Shown: positions 61,101-64,000 of the stretch, in pieces
Layout of the letters: every line of letters starts with the position of its first letter
Numbering within the stretch: the first letter of the stretch is position 1
Assembly: GCF_009914755.1 (NCBI RefSeq)
Contig: NC_060948.1
From: the human T2T-CHM13v2.0 reference genome, Homo sapiens
Strand: one strand, 5' to 3'
Length of the DNA stretch: 64,000 nucleotides
Translations under genes and position numbers: made by a program
The notes under the pieces: generated by a model
What the model saw: only the letters and a program-made list of their open reading frames with translations
What the model was told of the DNA's origin: nothing
Databases searched by the model: none

Positions 61101-64000
61101 CCAGCCTTTCCAGTCAATGATTTTGGATTCCATTTTTTTGCATTCCATTACATTCTATGACATTCGATTCCGTTTCATTGCATTCCATTCCATACATTTT
61201 TATTCCATTCGAGACCGTAGCATTCCACTTTATTCCAGGCCTGTCCATTACACTACATTCCCTTCCATTCCAATGAATTCCATTCCATTCCAATCCATTC
61301 CTTTCCTTTCGCTTGCATTCCATTCTATTCCCTTCTACTGCATACAATTTCACTCCATTCGTTCCCATTCCATTCAATTCCATTCCATTCAATTCCATTC
61401 CATTTGTTTCCATTCTCTTCGATTCCATTTCTTTATATTCCATGCCATTCGAATCCATTCTATTGGATTGCATTACATTCGTGTTCATTCCATTCCAGAC
61501 CATTCCATTTGACTCCATTCCTTTCGAGCCCTTTCAATTTGAGTCCATTCCTTTCCAGTCCATTTCACTCCAGTCCATTACTATCCATTCCATCCCATTC
61601 CATACCATTCCATTCCATTCCATTCCATTCCATTCCATTCCATTCCATTCCATTCCATTGCATTCCATTCCAATCCATTCCATTGCACTGCACTCCATTC
61701 CATTACATTCTACTCTATCTGAGTCGGTTTTATTGCATTAGATTCTATTCCATTGGATTACTTTCCATTCGATTACATTCCATTCATGTACATTCCATTC
61801 CAGTCAATTACATTCGAGTTCATTACATTACATTCCAGTATATTCCATTGTATTCGATCCCATTCCTTTCAATTCCATTTCATTCGACTCCATTATATTC
61901 GATTCCATTCCACTCGAATCCTTTCCATTAGAGGACATTCCATTCCAGTGCATTCCATTCCATTCCATAGCATTCCATTGCATTCGATTCCATTCCATTT
62001 GATGCCATTCCATTTGATGCCATTCCATGACATTCCATTCCATTCGAGTCCATTCCGTTCCAATTCATTCCATTCCGTTTCATGAAATTCGAGTCCTTTC
62101 CAGTACATTTCATTCCAATCCCATCCAATCCCATCTACTCCATTCAATTCCTTTCCATTCCATTTGATTTGATTCCATTGACTTGATTCCATTCATTTTG
62201 ATTCCATTCCTTGAAATTTCGTTCCATTCTATTCCATTGCATTACTTTCCATTCCATTCCATTCCATTTCATTTCAGTCCATTCGCTTCCTTTCCTTTCG
62301 ATTCAATTCCATTTGATTCCACTCCATTCTATGCGATTTCATTCCAATCGATTCAATTCCATTCGATGACATTCCTTTCGTTTCCATTCCATTCGAGTCC
62401 ATTCAATTTGAGCATTCGTGTCCATTCTATTCGAGTCCATTCCATTACCGTCTATTCTATTCCCTTCCATTCCTGTTGATTCAATTTCATTCCCTTCCAT
62501 TCGATTCCTTTCCATTCGATTCCATTCCTTTCCATTCCATTCCATTCGTTCCCATTCCATGTGATTTCATTCCATTCCAGTCCATTATATTCGAGTCCAC
62601 TCCACTCCATTCTATTACATTCAATTCCTTTTGAGTCCGTTCCATAACACTCCATTCATTTCGATTCCATTTCTTGCCAGTTTTCTTCCATTTTATTCCT
62701 TTCCGTTCGATTCCATTCCATTCGATTGCATTCCATTCGAATCCTTTCCATTCCATTTCATTCCATTCCTTTCTATTCCATTCCATTTCATTCGATTTGA
62801 TTCCATTCTGTTCTATTCCATTCAATTCTTTTTCATTCCATTCGAATCCTTTCTATTGCAGTCCATTCCAATCCCTTCCATTCCATTCCATTACAGTCCA
62901 TTCCAATAGATTCCATTCCTTTGCCTTCCATTCGAATCCATTCCATTCTAGTCCATTCCATTTGAGTCAATTCCATTCCATTCCATTCTATTCCTTTCCA
63001 ATCCATTCGATTCCATTCGATTCAATTCCATTTGATTCTCTTTCATTCTATTTTATTCCATGCCATTTGATTGCATTGCATTCCATTCCGTTTGATTCCA
63101 GTCCATTCAAGAAAGTTCCATTCCAGTCCATTGCTTTCCAGTCCATTCCATTCCACTCTAGTCTATTCCACTCCATTCCTTTCCATTCCATTCCATACTA
63201 TTCCATTCCATTCCTTTGCATTCCGTTTCCAATCTATTCGAGTCCATTGCATTCCACTCCAATCCATTCGATTACATTCCTTTTGATTCCCTGCCAGTCG
63301 ATTGCATTGCATACTACACCATTCCAAAGGAGTCCATTCCATTCTATCTCAAAACTTTCCATTCCACTCTGTTCGAGTCCATTCCATTCCAGTCCATTTA
63401 ATTCAAGGGCATTCCATTCCATTCCATTCCATTCCATTTCATATTATTCCATTCCATTCAATTCCATTCCAGATGATTCCATTCCATTCTATACCATTGC
63501 TCTCTGTTCCATTCCATTCCATCTGTCTCCATTCCTTTCGTTTCGATTCCTTTCCATTCCATTCCATTACATTTGATCCTATTTTATTAAATTGCATTCT
63601 ATTCGAGTGATTTCCATTCGAGTCCTTTCCATTCGATTCCATTCCATTCTATTCCATTCCTTTGGATTCCATTCTATTCCGTTCCGTTCACATCAATTCC
63701 TTGCGATTCCATTACATTCGATTTCTTGCCATTCGATTCCATTCCTTTTGACTCCATTTCATTCGATTCCATTCCATTCCATTAATTTCCATTCCATTCG
63801 AGACCTTTCCATTGCAGTCTTTTCCCTTCGAGTCCATTCCGTTCGATTCCCTTCCATTCGATTCCATTCCATTGGAGTCTGTACCAGTCGAGTCCATTCT
63901 ATTCCAGTCCATTAGTTTCGACTCCATTGCATTCGAGTGCATTCCATTCCGTGGCTGTCCATTCCATTCCGTTTGATGCCATTCCATACGATTCATTTCA

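Larger units (their letters stand above)
42568..64000 (-). repeat. DYZ1: DYZ1 / HSat3 array, inverted ((CCATT)n on + strand)
   Basis: Reverse complement of the left DYZ1 unit; a 3544-bp period is seen at 53456/57000/60544 and 54026/57570/61114. Confidence 0.96.

Overview
The whole window is human Y-chromosome Yq12-type heterochromatin, with no supportable protein-coding or RNA genes. Every ORF in the track is a translation artefact of repeats. Layout: (1) 1-~16072, DYZ1/HSat3 satellite, a diverged (GGAAT)n with a ~3.5 kb higher-order unit; (2) ~16071-29773, ~5.7 DYZ2/HSat1B units of ~2.41 kb (AT-rich tract, 5'-truncated Alu on the minus strand, ~570 bp HSATI-like segment); (3) an inversion junction at ~29771-29773 inside an Alu; (4) ~29771-42568, ~5.3 DYZ2 units in the opposite orientation; (5) ~42568-64000, DYZ1 in the opposite orientation, (CCATT)n, including an amplified 2625-bp deletion variant. 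The most notable observations are the base-resolved Alu/Alu inversion junction (3-bp microhomology, ~235-bp spacer, clustered substitutions) and three perfect heat-shock elements (nGAAnnTTCnnGAAn) per DYZ1 unit, which both shortened unit variants keep. There are also two different DYZ1/DYZ2 junctions and diverged, apparently older copies at the array edges. I found no evidence for a new gene system; what is unusual here is structural and possibly regulatory.
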